A DNA stretch of 53,338 nucleotides from Octopus bimaculoides (Eukaryota), in assembly GCF_001194135.2 (NCBI RefSeq), contig NC_068982.1, forward strand, positions 190,517,549 through 190,570,886, written 5' to 3'. Position 1 is the stretch's first letter. Each line of letters starts with the position of its first letter. Under the pieces are notes generated by a model. That model saw only the letters and a list, made by a program, of their open reading frames with translations. It had not been told where the DNA came from and ran no database searches. A program made the position numbers and the translations under genes. Shown here piece after piece: positions 13,113-25,684 of this stretch.

Positions 13113-14194
13113 GCTATGTATATGTGTGTGTATGTGTGTATTTGTAATCAGTTTTTTCACGCCCACACGCACACAGAAGGGTTATTCGCAGACAATCGGC
13201 ACGTAGAGGAAGAATGGGGAGAAGGAGAGAGAGGGAGAAGAGAAAGGAAAAGAGGAGGAGAAAGAGGCATGGATTCAACAGTGAGGGACACGTTGAGTTT
13301 ATATATCTGGAATGTTAGTCAATGGAGAAGATAATGTGTATATTGTGTACAAATTTATGTGTGTGTGTGTGTGTGTGTGTATTAATGTATATAAATATAT
13401 ATATATATATGTACACCTATATATGAATATATATATATACAGGTATATACATAAATATATATGTATATATGTGCGTGTTTGTCTTGTATATAGGTATAAG
13501 TGTGTGTGTGCGTGTCGGAAATTAGCCAAATATTTCACACTTCATTACCAGAAAATATTGCTTCTGCGGTGTTAATCAATTACCTCTTCAACTCTAATTG
13601 TTGTAACGGCCAGTAACCTCATGTTGAAAATATCCACAACATTCCTTTCGCTTCTTCGCCCCTCATCAGCCGACCTCGTAACTGAATATGCCATCGCGAC
13701 ACTCAACATGCAAGTCAAGTAATAGACCAGATCAAAGGAATTTAACCAAAACAAGATGCAGAAGGCATGAATGGGACAGTAAAACCCTTTTCAAAGTAAT
13801 TAGCGGTGTCAACATCTTTAATAACGGCGTGAGCATATATCACACTAAACGACCACACGTAACACTACCACATTCTGCTCACAACTGGACACCCTTGTCA
13901 AAGTCTGTTCCTAAACAACAAAACACTACCCAAGACACAAATATTAAGATCAAGCAGCGTATTTTCCTCCAGCCACCCCGCTTTCCCCTATAGAACAATC
14001 CTGAATTCTTCCTTCTCTCAGAAGCCTGAGAAACAGTAACAAAATCCCTTAATCATAAAAGTCTCTGAATGTGACGGCATTCAAAATATTCGCCTAAATC
14101 ATCTAAAGTATTGAATATTAATTTTACATCCGCAACATCCTCATCTTCTACCATTGTACTGGATGCAGAAACTGGGAAATATTTAATTTTTTAT

Positions 14195-14384
14195 TCCTTT
14201 ACTTGTTTCAATCATTAGACTTCGGCCATGCTGGGGCACCGCCTTGAACGATTTTTTTGTCGAATGAAACAAGTCCAGTACTTATTTATTTTAAGCATGA
14301 TACTCATTTTATCGATCTCTTTTGCCGAAGTGCTAATTTACGGGTACGTCAACACACCAACACCGGTTGCCAAGTGGTGGTGCG

Positions 14385-14419
<35 letters not shown>

Positions 14420-14586
14420 CACAACGGGTTTCTTTCAGTTTCCATCTACCAAAACCACTCACAAGTTTTTAGTCGACTCGAGGCTATGAGTAGAAGACAG
14501 TCACCTAAGGTGTCACGCAGTGGGACTGAACCAAGTACCATGTGGTTGTGAAGAAAGCTTCTTACCACACAGCTACGCCTGCTCCA
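14195..14586 (-). mobile_element. Full-length SINE family B with internal (CA)n
   Basis: Head, ccttaggtgact core-like block, internal microsatellite and the 3' gactgcggccatgctgg-type tail are all present. Confidence 0.85.
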
Positions 14587-15039
14587 ATCTGCCAGATATG
14601 GAAACTGAGAAATAGTCAAACCAGTAATAGAACCCAACACAAACACAACTAGTGCAGTAATCTCGCTGCTCCTTTCATATCACCAGTCCACATATTCATC
14701 CCTCTAACTCAGGGACTTAAACTTTTGCAATTCTCCGACGCCTCTTCTCTTCCTCAAATCCGTTCCATCTCTACAGGGATGAAACCGATTTGATATGTAG
14801 ACATGTAGACATAAACGAAATGGCTCATATTCTTTCGAATATTTCATTGAACATTTTACATAGGTTTACATAGGTTGGGGTGAATGTATGTATGCGGGAG
14901 AGGGCGAATATATTTAACATTTAGCACTAGTTACCTCGTGAAGAATTTTGATGTTTCAATGACTATTCACCTCTTCAGAGGCAGGTTACCTGGACTCAGA
15001 TAGATAAGTTTCCTTACGAACACAGAGGGGACAAAATAT

Positions 15040-15089
15040 AGATAGATAGACAGACAGACAGGCAGACAGTCAGATCGACAGACAAACAC

Positions 15090-15131
<42 letters not shown>

Positions 15132-15140
15132 GGATGGATG

Positions 15141-15228
<88 letters not shown>

Positions 15229-15247
15229 CATAGACAGACAGATAGAT

Positions 15248-15338
<91 letters not shown>

Positions 15339-15339
15339 C

Positions 15340-15374
<35 letters not shown>

Positions 15375-15437
15375 CAGGCAATCAGAGAGACAGACAGATA
15401 GACATACAGATAGACAGACAGAGAGAGAAAGATAAAT

Positions 15438-15490
<53 letters not shown>
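15040..15490. repeat. Compound (GATA)n/(GACA)n/(GA)n array
   Basis: Directly visible; source of the YLSI-repeat ORFs. Confidence 0.97.
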
Positions 15491-15492
<2 letters not shown>

Positions 15493-16512
15493 TGTACTTG
15501 TATGACTTCACAAAAATTGTAACCAATTTTAGAATCTCTCAGAATATCTCTGAATTTCTTATATTACCGATATCAACAGAACAATATATATTCAAATATA
15601 ACAGGTCTTATCAGCATGAAACTGCATATAAAGATGTATAACAACAAATAATTGTATTGCTTTTATATATAATAACATATAACTTCAAAATTATACTACA
15701 TATAAGACCATATACCAACATATAATTGTATATATACCTACATGTCACTATTCAATGAAATTGTTACACATAGCTGCATAGACAGTTAATGACTACATGT
15801 TCTGCGTATAACACAACATACAACACATAACGGCATAGAACTGAATATAAGCGCCCTGGGTATATAACATAGAGTATATAACATCATATAACTGCATATA
15901 AATGCGTACAGCGATATATAACAACTGATATTAACATATAATTGCGTATAGCATCAAGTAGCAGCATATAACAGCATGCAAGTGCAATAAGCATACTTTT
16001 TTTTATGCTACATATTACTGCATACATTAGACTCTATCTACTAAATATGTCTTCCGGCAGTTTTGTTAGTTATAAGGGAAGATAAAATGGAAGGAACAGA
16101 GATGGAATGAACGGAAGAAAAGAAAATAGAAAAAGTAAGAAATAGAGAAGAGAGAGAGAAGGAAGGAAGAAAGGAAGGAAGGCAGGAATGAACGAACGAA
16201 CGATCGAACGAAAGGGTGAGTGAAAGAGAGAGGTTTAATCTTCCAATCATATTCAACTAAAGTATCGTCTGCTTATAACAACCAATTGACGCAAAACAAT
16301 GCCAAACAAGTAACTCTTTTATTTTTATGATTTCGAACTTTTGTACACACAGATACATACACACACAGCATACAGCAGATAACACATACATATTTGTCTG
16401 TGACTATACACATATGAATGGAAATTCATATGTTCATAGGTGCTAACACATACACGTATATATATCTATATGATTATGCATGTATTTGTGTGTATATATG
16501 CGTGTGTGTTGG

Positions 16513-16546
<34 letters not shown>

Positions 16547-16914
16547 TATGTATGTATGTATGTATGTATGTGTGTGTGTGCGTGTGCGTGTGCGTGCGTG
16601 TGTGTGCGTGCGTGTGTGTGTAACAAAAAATCCTCGTTCAAATGATCGATATCAAAGTTTGTCTTACGGCCATCATTTAATAGAAAAGAGTCAACAGAAG
16701 CTAAAACGTTTTTACAATTTTTAATCTTGTATTTCTCTATTTTAAGTTCAAAATTCACAGATTGGTCAATTTTTCTTCTTCGCCAACAAAACTTCATCAA
16801 AGTTTTATCTGTATGAAACATGGCGCTCGTTTCCATACAATTCGCCATGCTAAAAAAACTACTGTTCGTTTTTTTTTATCTTTCTTAATTCTTAAGTTAT
16901 CTTCTATCTTCTTT

Positions 16915-17150
16915 CGTTGCACTTGTTTCAATCGTTCGACTGCGGCCATACTGGAGCATTGCTTTGAAGTATTCATTTGAGTAAATTAAATTAAGTACTT
17001 ATCTTTTTACATATACTATCGGTCTCTTTGGCTGTACTGCTAGTTAAAAGGAAACGTAAGCAAACCAACACCAGTTGTTAATCGGTGTGGAGACAACGAC
17101 AAACACAAAGACATATGCATATAAATATACATACATATGTGTGTGTATAG
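16915..17150 (-). mobile_element. SINE family B, 3' half
   Basis: cacttgtttcaatcgttcgactgcggccatactggagca...accaacaccagttgttaatcgg. Confidence 0.7.
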
Positions 17151-17649
17151 ATAGATAGATGAGCATGTATATATATGTGTATATATATATATCCCACCCA
17201 CCTCTACTCTCTTGCTCCGACCCCTACTTCTTCTCTTCACTCCTATTCTCCTTCTCGCTTCTCTTCACTGCTACCTACCTTCTCCTTTCCTTCCTTCATC
17301 GTCACCCCTCCCTCGTAACCCCACCCCACACCTACACAATCCAACCCCACCTTCCCTTTCCATCCCATCCCACCACAACCACCCCACCCATCCTTCACAC
17401 TCACTCCCACATACCCACCTCTACCTCACCCTCAGCCTAACCCACACTCCACCCTTGCTTTCCCCACCTCCCAGCACCATCACGCCACACCACACAACAC
17501 CACCACGCATACACTAGCACTGACCACTTCCCAGCCCCACATCCACATATCTACGCATACACACACGCACATGTCAAGATCACCAGCCCTCTTCCGCACG
17601 CACATAATGCTGTCATATACACACACACGCGCACCTTCATTTTGAGATC

Positions 17650-17912
17650 ACCACTACTTTATTATCTCCCCTTCTTCCTAGCTCTCCTGTGTGACCCCTC
17701 TGTCCGGCATTCGCCATGATAGATCGCTAGCCACTACACATTCTTTATTTTCTCTCCTTGTTTCTTTCTGTGTTCCTCTCTGTGGGAGAGCGGAGGCTCG
17801 AAACGTTAAAGACTTTTCACTTCCCGAGCACTAAACTAATGCATCTGTTTGTTGTCTACACTACCTGTCTTCGTCTTTTCTTTTTTGTTCTTGTGAATTC
17901 TCCCTATATATA
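17650..17912 (+). mobile_element. Probable Penelope-like non-autonomous 3' repeat with a hammerhead-like remnant
   Basis: gagc-ggag-gctc hairpin immediately followed by GAAACGT (17788-17806). The upstream CUGANGA box is degenerate (ctgtggga). Confidence 0.4.
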
Positions 17913-18554
17913 TNNNNNNNNNNNNNNNNNNNNNNNNNNNNNNNNNNNNNNNNNNNNNNNNNNNNNNNNNNNNNNNNNNNNNNNNNNNNNNNNNNNNNNN
18001 NNNNNNNNNNNTATATATATATATATATGCATAAAGACTGAATGTGGATTCGTCCTTTAACTGGAGGTTTCCAAAAAAGATTTCTAATGTTCATTCTTCA
18101 TACTTTGCTGGGAGTTAACAGGCGTACATTTGCGAAGATATGAAAAGCAGTACTTGTATATGATATATGGAGACTTTATGGGATGAAGTTCCATAAATCC
18201 CATCAAATTCTTTAAAAATGGAGGAGACAAGTTGTTAAAATTTACGAGACGTTTAATTCTCGCAGAAGATCGTTTTGTAGAAAGATATAATAATATAAAT
18301 TCATGATTGAATTAAATAAAATAAATATCATCGTGCTCTTCAGTACAGGAAGGAAAGAAACCATAATACAAAAGAACTTTAAAAAGAATAGAGCAGAAAA
18401 AATTGGATCTAGGAGAGTCATATTTCTATTCGTGTGGGAAAGAGATGGGAGTCATGTCGCATATTGAACGATTGAGTTATAGTTCCCTAAACATAAGAGA
18501 AATAAAACAAAAATTAGGCGAGGAGTTGCAACGGCTGCGGCAGTGGAACAGCCG

Positions 18555-18812
18555 AGCAAGGTTGTTTATGGAAGTCCGGGCAAGGTTGTTTATGGAAACC
18601 AGCGGTCACCCATGCATACCAGCCTCCACTCTCCACGCCACCGATGTTATCCAAGGGAAATGCAAAGGCCAATACAGCTCGGTACCTGTGACGTCGCAAA
18701 TCATTTCTACAGCTGTGTGAACTGGAGCAACGTGAAATAAAGTGTCTTGCTCAAGAACACAGCACGCAGCCAGGTCCGTGAATCGAATTACTCGCTACGT
18801 CATGATTGAGCC
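18555..18812 (-). mobile_element. tRNA-derived SINE, family C (CORE-like block), head truncated
   Basis: Reverse complement tgtgttcttgagcaagacactttatttcacgttgctccagttcacacagctgtagaaatg; homologous to the + strand copy at 30.8 kb. Confidence 0.7.
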
Positions 18813-18836
18813 ATACATCTTTATACAATAATGCCG

Positions 18837-18882
18837 TTCCAATGCCGGGAATCGAACCCGGGTCACCTGGGTGAAAGCCAGG
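18837..18882 (-). pseudogene. 3' half of tRNA-Glu(TTC): anticodon arm, T-arm and 3' acceptor strand only
   Basis: CCTGG-CT-TTC-AC-CCAGG anticodon arm, TGAC variable region, CCGGG-TTCGATT-CCCGG T-arm, CATTGGA-A acceptor and discriminator. D-arm and 5' acceptor strand absent; no oligo-T terminator. Confidence 0.85.
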
Positions 18883-18887
18883 ACTTC

Positions 18888-19000
18888 TGGGCTTCCACAT
18901 AGTTTCCGTCTGCCAAATTCGCTCCCAAGGCACTGGTTCCCACCCCGGATCAATAGTCGTAGACACTTTCCCAAGATACCACGCAAGGACCGAACATGAA
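18888..19000 (-). mobile_element. SINE family B 5' fragment abutting the tRNA-Glu half
   Basis: gggcttccacatagtttccgtctgccaaattc...gacactttcccaagataccacgca aligns by eye with 14.43-14.52 kb. Confidence 0.65.
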
Positions 19001-19427
19001 ATCACATAACTTCAGATAGACCTTCTTACGACCATGCTGGAGCACTGTGTTGAAACCTGACGGTTCTGCATATTTTATATTGTCTCTGCGCGCCACTCAG
19101 TACAATAATTGTGAGTAACTATAATCGGTGGATCAACATATAACTAGATACTGTTATACTTAAATTGGAAAAATTCGTACGAGGCTGATTTCAGAAGCTG
19201 CAAAATAAATACATTGAGTTCTCTTTTAAATGTCGCAGTAAAGACTTTGGATAATTTTGCAAACCTTTTCGGAGACGCTTTTATATTTTCTGGCCTGGCC
19301 TTTGAATGCCAACCCTTGAAGTATTTCTTACTCTGCCAGAATTTAAGGAACGGTAGGTTGACATCTAAATATTCCTTCAATTACTTCCTTTCTGTTCATT
19401 TTTTGTCTTTAATCGAAAATTTAAAAC

Positions 19428-19464
<37 letters not shown>

Positions 19465-19941
19465 NNNNNNNNNNNNNNNNNNNNNNNNNNNNNNNNNNNN
19501 NNNNNNNNNNNNNNNNNNNNNNNNNNNNNNNNNNNNNNNNNNNNNNNNNNNNNNNNNNNNNNNNNNNNNNNNNNNNNNNNNNNNNNNNNNNNNNNNNNNN
19601 NNNNNNNNNNNNNNNNNNNNNNNNNNNNNNNNNNNNNNNNNNNNNNNNNNNNNNNNNNNNNNNNNNNNNNNNNNNNNNNNNNNNNNNNNNNNNNNNNNNN
19701 NNNNNNNTTCCATTATGCAACTGAGGAGTACATTTTCATTGTATTTTCTGTGGTGTTCTCACTACATGAATAAATGGAGCTTGCACGAAACGTACGTACT
19801 GCTATAACCTATTGAATTTTTGTTGCTTAACTTCAAATTTTATTCACCAAATCTCTTGATTTTGTTTTTGGTTTTTATCCTACCAAATTCTGGTGCCTCA
19901 AGCATTTTAAGTACCACATTTAATCTTTTGATTAAATCTAT

Positions 19942-19975
<34 letters not shown>

Positions 19976-19987
19976 TATATATATACA

Positions 19988-20064
<77 letters not shown>

Positions 20065-20083
20065 GTTAGACAGACAGAAAAAT

Positions 20084-20129
<46 letters not shown>

Positions 20130-20130
<1 letters not shown>

Positions 20131-20247
20131 GCACAAGGGTGGCTGTGTGCAAGAAGTTTCCTTCCCAACCTCATATTTCCGGATTCAGTTCACTTCATGG
20201 TACCTTGGGTAAGTGTCTCCTACTATAGCCATGAGCCGACCAAAGCC

Positions 20248-20279
<32 letters not shown>

Positions 20280-20530
20280 TGTATGTATGTATGTATGTAT
20301 GAATGAATGTCAATGTATGTGTCTGTGTTTGTCCCCCACTATCGCTTGACACCGGTGTTGGTGTGTTTACATCCCAGTAACTTAGCTGTTTGGCAATATA
20401 GACCGATAGAATAAGTACTAGGCTTAAAAAGAGTTCTGGGGTCGATTATTCGACTAAAAACTCTTCAATGCAATGTCCCAGCATGGCCACAGTTTCATCA
20501 CTGAAACAAGCAAAAGATAAAAGCTAAAAG
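20130..20530 (+). mobile_element. Full-length SINE family B with internal (TATG)n
   Basis: Head gggtggctgtgtgcaagaag, gtaccttgggtaagtgtc, 3' cagcatggccacagtttcatcactgaaacaag. Confidence 0.82.
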
Positions 20531-21003
20531 ATTCAGACGTCTCCGTACAAAAAACAAAAGAAAAAAACAGCAAGCTATGAGAATCCTTTGAATGTTTTGA
20601 AGAAAAATGCCTTACGGTGTTTGTTTGTTTTTTGTGAGTTGAAATCAGTCGAGGCCAGCTTCACCTTTCATTCATCCGGGATCGATAAAATAAAGTAGGA
20701 ATGATATTAACTAATCTTCTCCTCATAAAGTAACCGACCTAGAAATCATTTTTCATAGATAAATATATTTGCATGCATATTTACATTTGTACACATGCAG
20801 GAAAACGTCTTATGGTAGCATGAAAATGTAATATTATCACTTATTTCTTAGTCATGATTAGCACAAGTGAAACCGGTCGACTATGCAAATACTTAAAATC
20901 ATGAATATATATATATTGTCCAACATAAAATGTCCGTGCATTTTTCTTTATATTTTTCACTAGAATCCACCGCATGGAAAACTTTTTCTATGGGACCGTT
21001 TCA

Positions 21004-21043
<40 letters not shown>

Positions 21044-21462
21044 AGATACCTAGATACTTAGATAAATTTCAGCCAGCAGTGGCCCAGACCATAACTAACT
21101 TAATAGAACCATATGTGTGTATGTGTGTATGTGTGTGTGTATGCGTACGTGCGTGCATGTGTGTCTGTGTGTGTGTAAATAAAAACTAAGATTCTTGAAT
21201 TCTTAGTTAAAATTTATTCCTTACAAGGAGAAAAAAGAAATAATCGAGCGGCAGATGTTAGCGACTGTCAGAGGCAAAAGAGAAAAATAATTGTAAGAAG
21301 AACTAAGAATTTATCCTTCAGAGTTTGTTTTATTGATTTAAGGAAAGAAACTCTCTCTGCAACACCATTGTTTACCCAAGCAGTTCCAACACCATTCATG
21401 CCATCAGAGAAAGCTTCCCTATACAGTTTTGTTAGGTACGGTGTACCCTATTTGTATACATG

Positions 21463-22316
21463 CAGGTGGTTCGGACTAAATCTAAGAATTTCTATGAAAG
21501 TAAAAGAAAACACAGTAACCCATCCAAATTTTTTTTAATATTTTCACAAATTAAACAAAGCCACTACATTATGGTTGGGAAATATGAATTTACTCCAAGG
21601 CGCCGCCCTCAGATTCCACTACAGCTTCAAGACGGTTCCGGAACTTGGCGCATGCGTTCCTTACTGTGACCTGGGAAAGATCGAGCATTTCCTTGTTCTT
21701 GGCCACTAGCTCGGCCTTGATGTTACAATCAGAGTGATTACTGATTTTCTCAACCGCGTCCCACATATAGTAATCCATAGGATTAGAATCGATGGGAGAT
21801 TAAGAGGCCAGGACTTATGGCTGGTGAGGTCGTAGAAGTTCACCGATAACCACTTCTGACATCTTTTCTGAAAGTATGGCAAAGGACCGAATCTTGCTGC
21901 TACTCATTTTGGCCTTCCAGCAGCAGACCTCTGCAGCCAGGACTTGACCACAGAATCCAGCAGCTTGGGAAAGTCGTTTGAATTGATCGTAAAGCCCTGT
22001 TCAAAGGTGTGGTGTGAATTCCAGCGTGATGACTCAGTGTCAAAATCCTTGTTGTGTCCCTTCTTGCTGGCTTCCGGTTCGTAGTCTCCGTTGAGGCGAT
22101 CCATCTCACGTCTTACAGCTTTTACGATGTTCACAGACCATTGAACAGTTGTCATAAAGTTGACGTTTTGATACTCGCACGGTTCGTCATGATACAAGTA
22201 ACTTCTTCCCTCTGTTCAGATGACTTCAAGGCCTTTCACTGTTTACTAATACATCAAGCTGTTCCCTAAACATAAGAGAAATAAAACAATCTCCAAATTT
22301 AACCCGGACATCCTAC
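21463..22316 (-). mobile_element. Internally deleted Tc1/mariner element of DD37D (maT-like) type
   Basis: Imperfect TIRs caggtggttcggactaaat and (reverse complement) taggatgtccgggttaaat. Remnants QQDSVLCHT and (N)PMDYYMWDAVEK..VRNACAKFRNRLEAVVESEGG; the third catalytic residue is D (PMDY) rather than E. Confidence 0.8.
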
Positions 22317-23602
22317 ATGTGTACACACACGTGCAAATGGACGCATTGTACACATGTATACAAACGCATACATGTATGTATGTATATATGTATATACATA
22401 CATACATACATACATATATATATNNNNNNNNNNNNNNNNNNNNNNNNNNNNNNNNNNNNNNNNNNNNNNNNNNNNNNNNNNNNNNNNNNNNNNNNNNNNN
22501 NNNNNNNNNNNNNNNNNNNNNNNNNNNNNNNNNNNNNNNNNNNNNNNNNNNNNNNNNNNNNNNNNNNNNNNNNNNNNNNNNNNNNNNNNNNNNNNNNNNN
22601 NNNNNNNNNNNNNNNNNNNNNNNNNNNNNNNNNNNNNNNNNNNNNNNNNNNNNNNNNNNNNNNNNNNNNNNNNNNNNNNNNNNNNNNNNNNNNNNNNNNN
22701 NNNNNNNNNNNNNNNNNNNNNNNNNNNNNNNNNNNNNNNNNNNNNNNNNNNNNNNNNNNNNNNNNNNNNNNNNNNNNNNNNNNNNNNNNNNNNNNNNNNN
22801 NNNNNNNNNNNNNNNNNNNNNNNNNNNNNNNNNNNNNNNNNNNNNNNNNNNNNNNNNNNNNNNNNNNNNNNNNNNNNNNNNNNNNNNNNNNNNNNNNNNN
22901 NNNNNNNNNNNNNNNNNNNNNNNNNNNNNNNNNNNNNNNNNNNNNNNNNNNNNNNNNNNNNNNNNNNNNNNNNNNNNNNNNNNNNNNNNNNNNNNNNNNN
23001 NNNNNNNNNNNNNNNNNNNNNNNNNNNNNNNNNNNNNNNNNNNNNNNNNNNNNNNNNNNNNNNNNNNNNNNNNNNNNNNNNNNNNNNNNNNNNNNNNNNN
23101 NNNNNNNNNNNNNNNNNNNNNNNNNNNNNNNNNNNNNNNNNNNNNNNNNNNNNNNNNNNNNNNNNNNNNNNNNNNNNNNNNNNNNNNNNNNNNNNNNNNN
23201 NNNNNNNNNNNNNNNNNNNNNNNNNNNNNNNNNNNNNNNNNNNNNNNNNNNNNNNNNNNNNNNNNNNNNNNNTATATGCATATATATATGCATATGTATG
23301 TATGTATATGTGCTTGTGGAGGTGGTTAGAGTGGGTATGACGTGCACACCCAGAAATAACTTGTAGGCAAACTAGTTTACATAGCAATGCCGTGGTTCTT
23401 GTATCAATCCCACTGCACAGAATGCGTTGAACAAGGGTCTGCCATCACGGTAGTACGTTAATCCGATATCCTCTGCAAATCCGGAAACTCCACTGCCGCC
23501 ATCGTCATCAAGACTACAACTTGTGTTGTGATAGTCAAAGTTGTATTTGTAGTCGCTGTTGTAGAGATTACCTGTAATGACACTGGATGGTTTTGGCGAT
23601 TG

Positions 23603-23633
<31 letters not shown>

Positions 23634-24850
23634 GGTAGTGGTGGTGGTGGTGGTGGTGGTGGTGGNNNNNNNNNNNNNNNNNNNNNNNNNNNNNNNNNNN
23701 NNNNNNNNNNNNNNNNNNNNNNNNNNNNNNNNNNNNNNNNNNNNNNNNNNNNNNNNNNNNNNNNNNNNNNNNNNNNNNNNNNNNNNNNNNNNNNNNNNNN
23801 NNNNNNNNNNNNNNNNNNNNNNNNNNNNNNNNNNNNNNNNNNNNNNNNNNNNNNNNNNNNNNNNNNNNNNNNNNNNNNNNNNNNNNNNNNNNNNNNNNNN
23901 NNNNNNNNNNNNNNNNNNNNNNNNNNNNNNNNNNNNNNNNNNNNNNNNNNNNNNNNNNNNNNNNNNNNNNNNNNNNNNNNNNNNNNNNNNNNNNNNNNNN
24001 NNNNNNNNNNNNNNNNNNNNNNNNNNNNNNNNNNNNNNNNNNNNNNNNNNNNNNNNNNNNNNNNNNNNNNNNNNNNNNNNNNNNNNNNNNNNNNNNNNNN
24101 NNNNNNNNNNNNNNNNNNNNNNNNNNNNNNNNNNNNNNNNNNNNNNNNNNNNNNNNNNNNNNNNNNNNNNNNNNNNNNNNNNNNNNNNNNNNNNNNNNNN
24201 NNNNNNNNNNNNNNNNNNNNNNNNNNNNNNNNNNNNNNNNNNNNNNNNNNNNNNNNNNNNNNNNNNNNNNNNNNNNNNNNNNNNNNNNNNNNNNNNNNNN
24301 NNNNNNNNNNNNNNNNNNNNNNNNNNNNNNNNNNNNNNNNNNNNNNNNNNNNNNNNNNNNNNNNNNNNNNNNNNNNNNNNNNNNNNNNNNNNNNNNNNNN
24401 NNNNNNNNNNNNNNNNNNNNNNNNNNNNNNNNNNNNNNNNNNNNNNNNNNNNNNNNNNNNNNNNNNNNNNNNNNNNNNNNNNNNNNNNNNNNNNNNNNNN
24501 NNNNNNNNNNNNNNNNNNNNNNNNNNNNNNNNNNNNNNNNNNNNNNNNNNNNNNNNNNNNNNNNNNNNNNNNNNNNNNNNNNNNNNNNNNNNNNNNNNNN
24601 NNNNNNNNNNNNNNNNNNNNATATAATGCATTTACATACATATACATATCATACATGCATATATACGCATACACATACAGACATACACGCATATAATTAT
24701 GTGCATATGTGTATATAACCAAGTATATTTGTATACAAACACACACACATATATGTGGAAGTGGAGAGAGACATAGAGATGCAGACAGACAGTGGCAAAC
24801 AGAGAGACAGAGACAGAAAGAGTGACAGAGAGATGCAGATAGACAGTGGC

Positions 24851-24943
<93 letters not shown>

Positions 24944-25578
24944 GACAGGCAAAGCATTGTTTAAGATATGATACGATAATGGTTGCAACTGTCGGAGCAG
25001 TGGGTTCAAACCCCGCCGTGGTTAGCTTTACCTTTCAACAGTTCGGAGTCGATACTCAGGAAATATCTCCGGTGTACTGGTGCTGCCCTCTCACTCTCCA
25101 ATTGTCACATGGTGGATGTATCGCTGGTTCAAATGTGAGGAAGGCCGACGAGGCGCTGGTCACTGTATTGACACCTATGGCAATTAGTGAGTGATACTTC
25201 CTAGTAAATAATCATCGATTCGGTGTGGTGGTCACGGATTTTGTTTATATCTACAGGCAATGCATTCATTCATATATGTACGCATATATATATTATACAT
25301 GTAGCCATGTGTACATACATATATACATGGATATATACATAAATGCATGCGGACATATATTCATATATATACGTATGCACCCAAGCACACATCTATTTAT
25401 ACATCACCATATTTATTAGTTTGTTGTGTGCGTGTGTCTTTAAGCCTATATGAATGGATGCAAACATACATGTATATATGTGTATGCATATACATGCGTA
25501 TCCATATATATAATATGATATTATATGATATGTAGCAAATGAAAGGCGGAAGATGGAATATACGAGAATTTATTATTA

Positions 25579-25684
25579 ATCACGACAATTGTTTCGAGAT
25601 ATCCAGCATCGATTCCTCTTGGGTGGAACACTCAACAACCGGTTCAGGAGCATCCGGTGGTGCAGATGTATCTCGTCAGGTGAT
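25579..25684 (-). ncRNA. Minimal type-I hammerhead ribozyme motif with intact core
   Basis: AUCAC / CUGACGA / 77-nt stem-II insert closed by G-C and A-U / GAAAC / AAUU palindromic loop / GUC / GUGAU. Stem I is 5 bp perfect. Confidence 0.7.

Noticed and set aside
15540-16030. A/C-rich region with a recurring catataac motif
   Set aside because: No consistent period by eye; treated as old degenerate low-complexity sequence.
18555-18602. 24-bp tandem duplication (ccgRgcaaggttgtttatggaa..)
   Set aside because: An ordinary slippage duplication inside a SINE body.
19144-19380. Protein-like minus-strand ORF (EYLDVNLPFLKFW..)
   Set aside because: No ATG or acceptor support and no recognisable motif; short enough to arise by chance.
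23372-23665. Minus-strand ORF PPPP..TTTT-QSPKPSSVITGNLYNSDY..RHCYVN, resembling a mucin-like linker plus domain
   Set aside because: The 23360-23480 part aligns by eye with a SINE-B head on the plus strand (tcaatcccactgc..ttgaacaagggtct), and the rest is degenerate ACA/CCA microsatellite. The acceptor is weak and there is no good donor.
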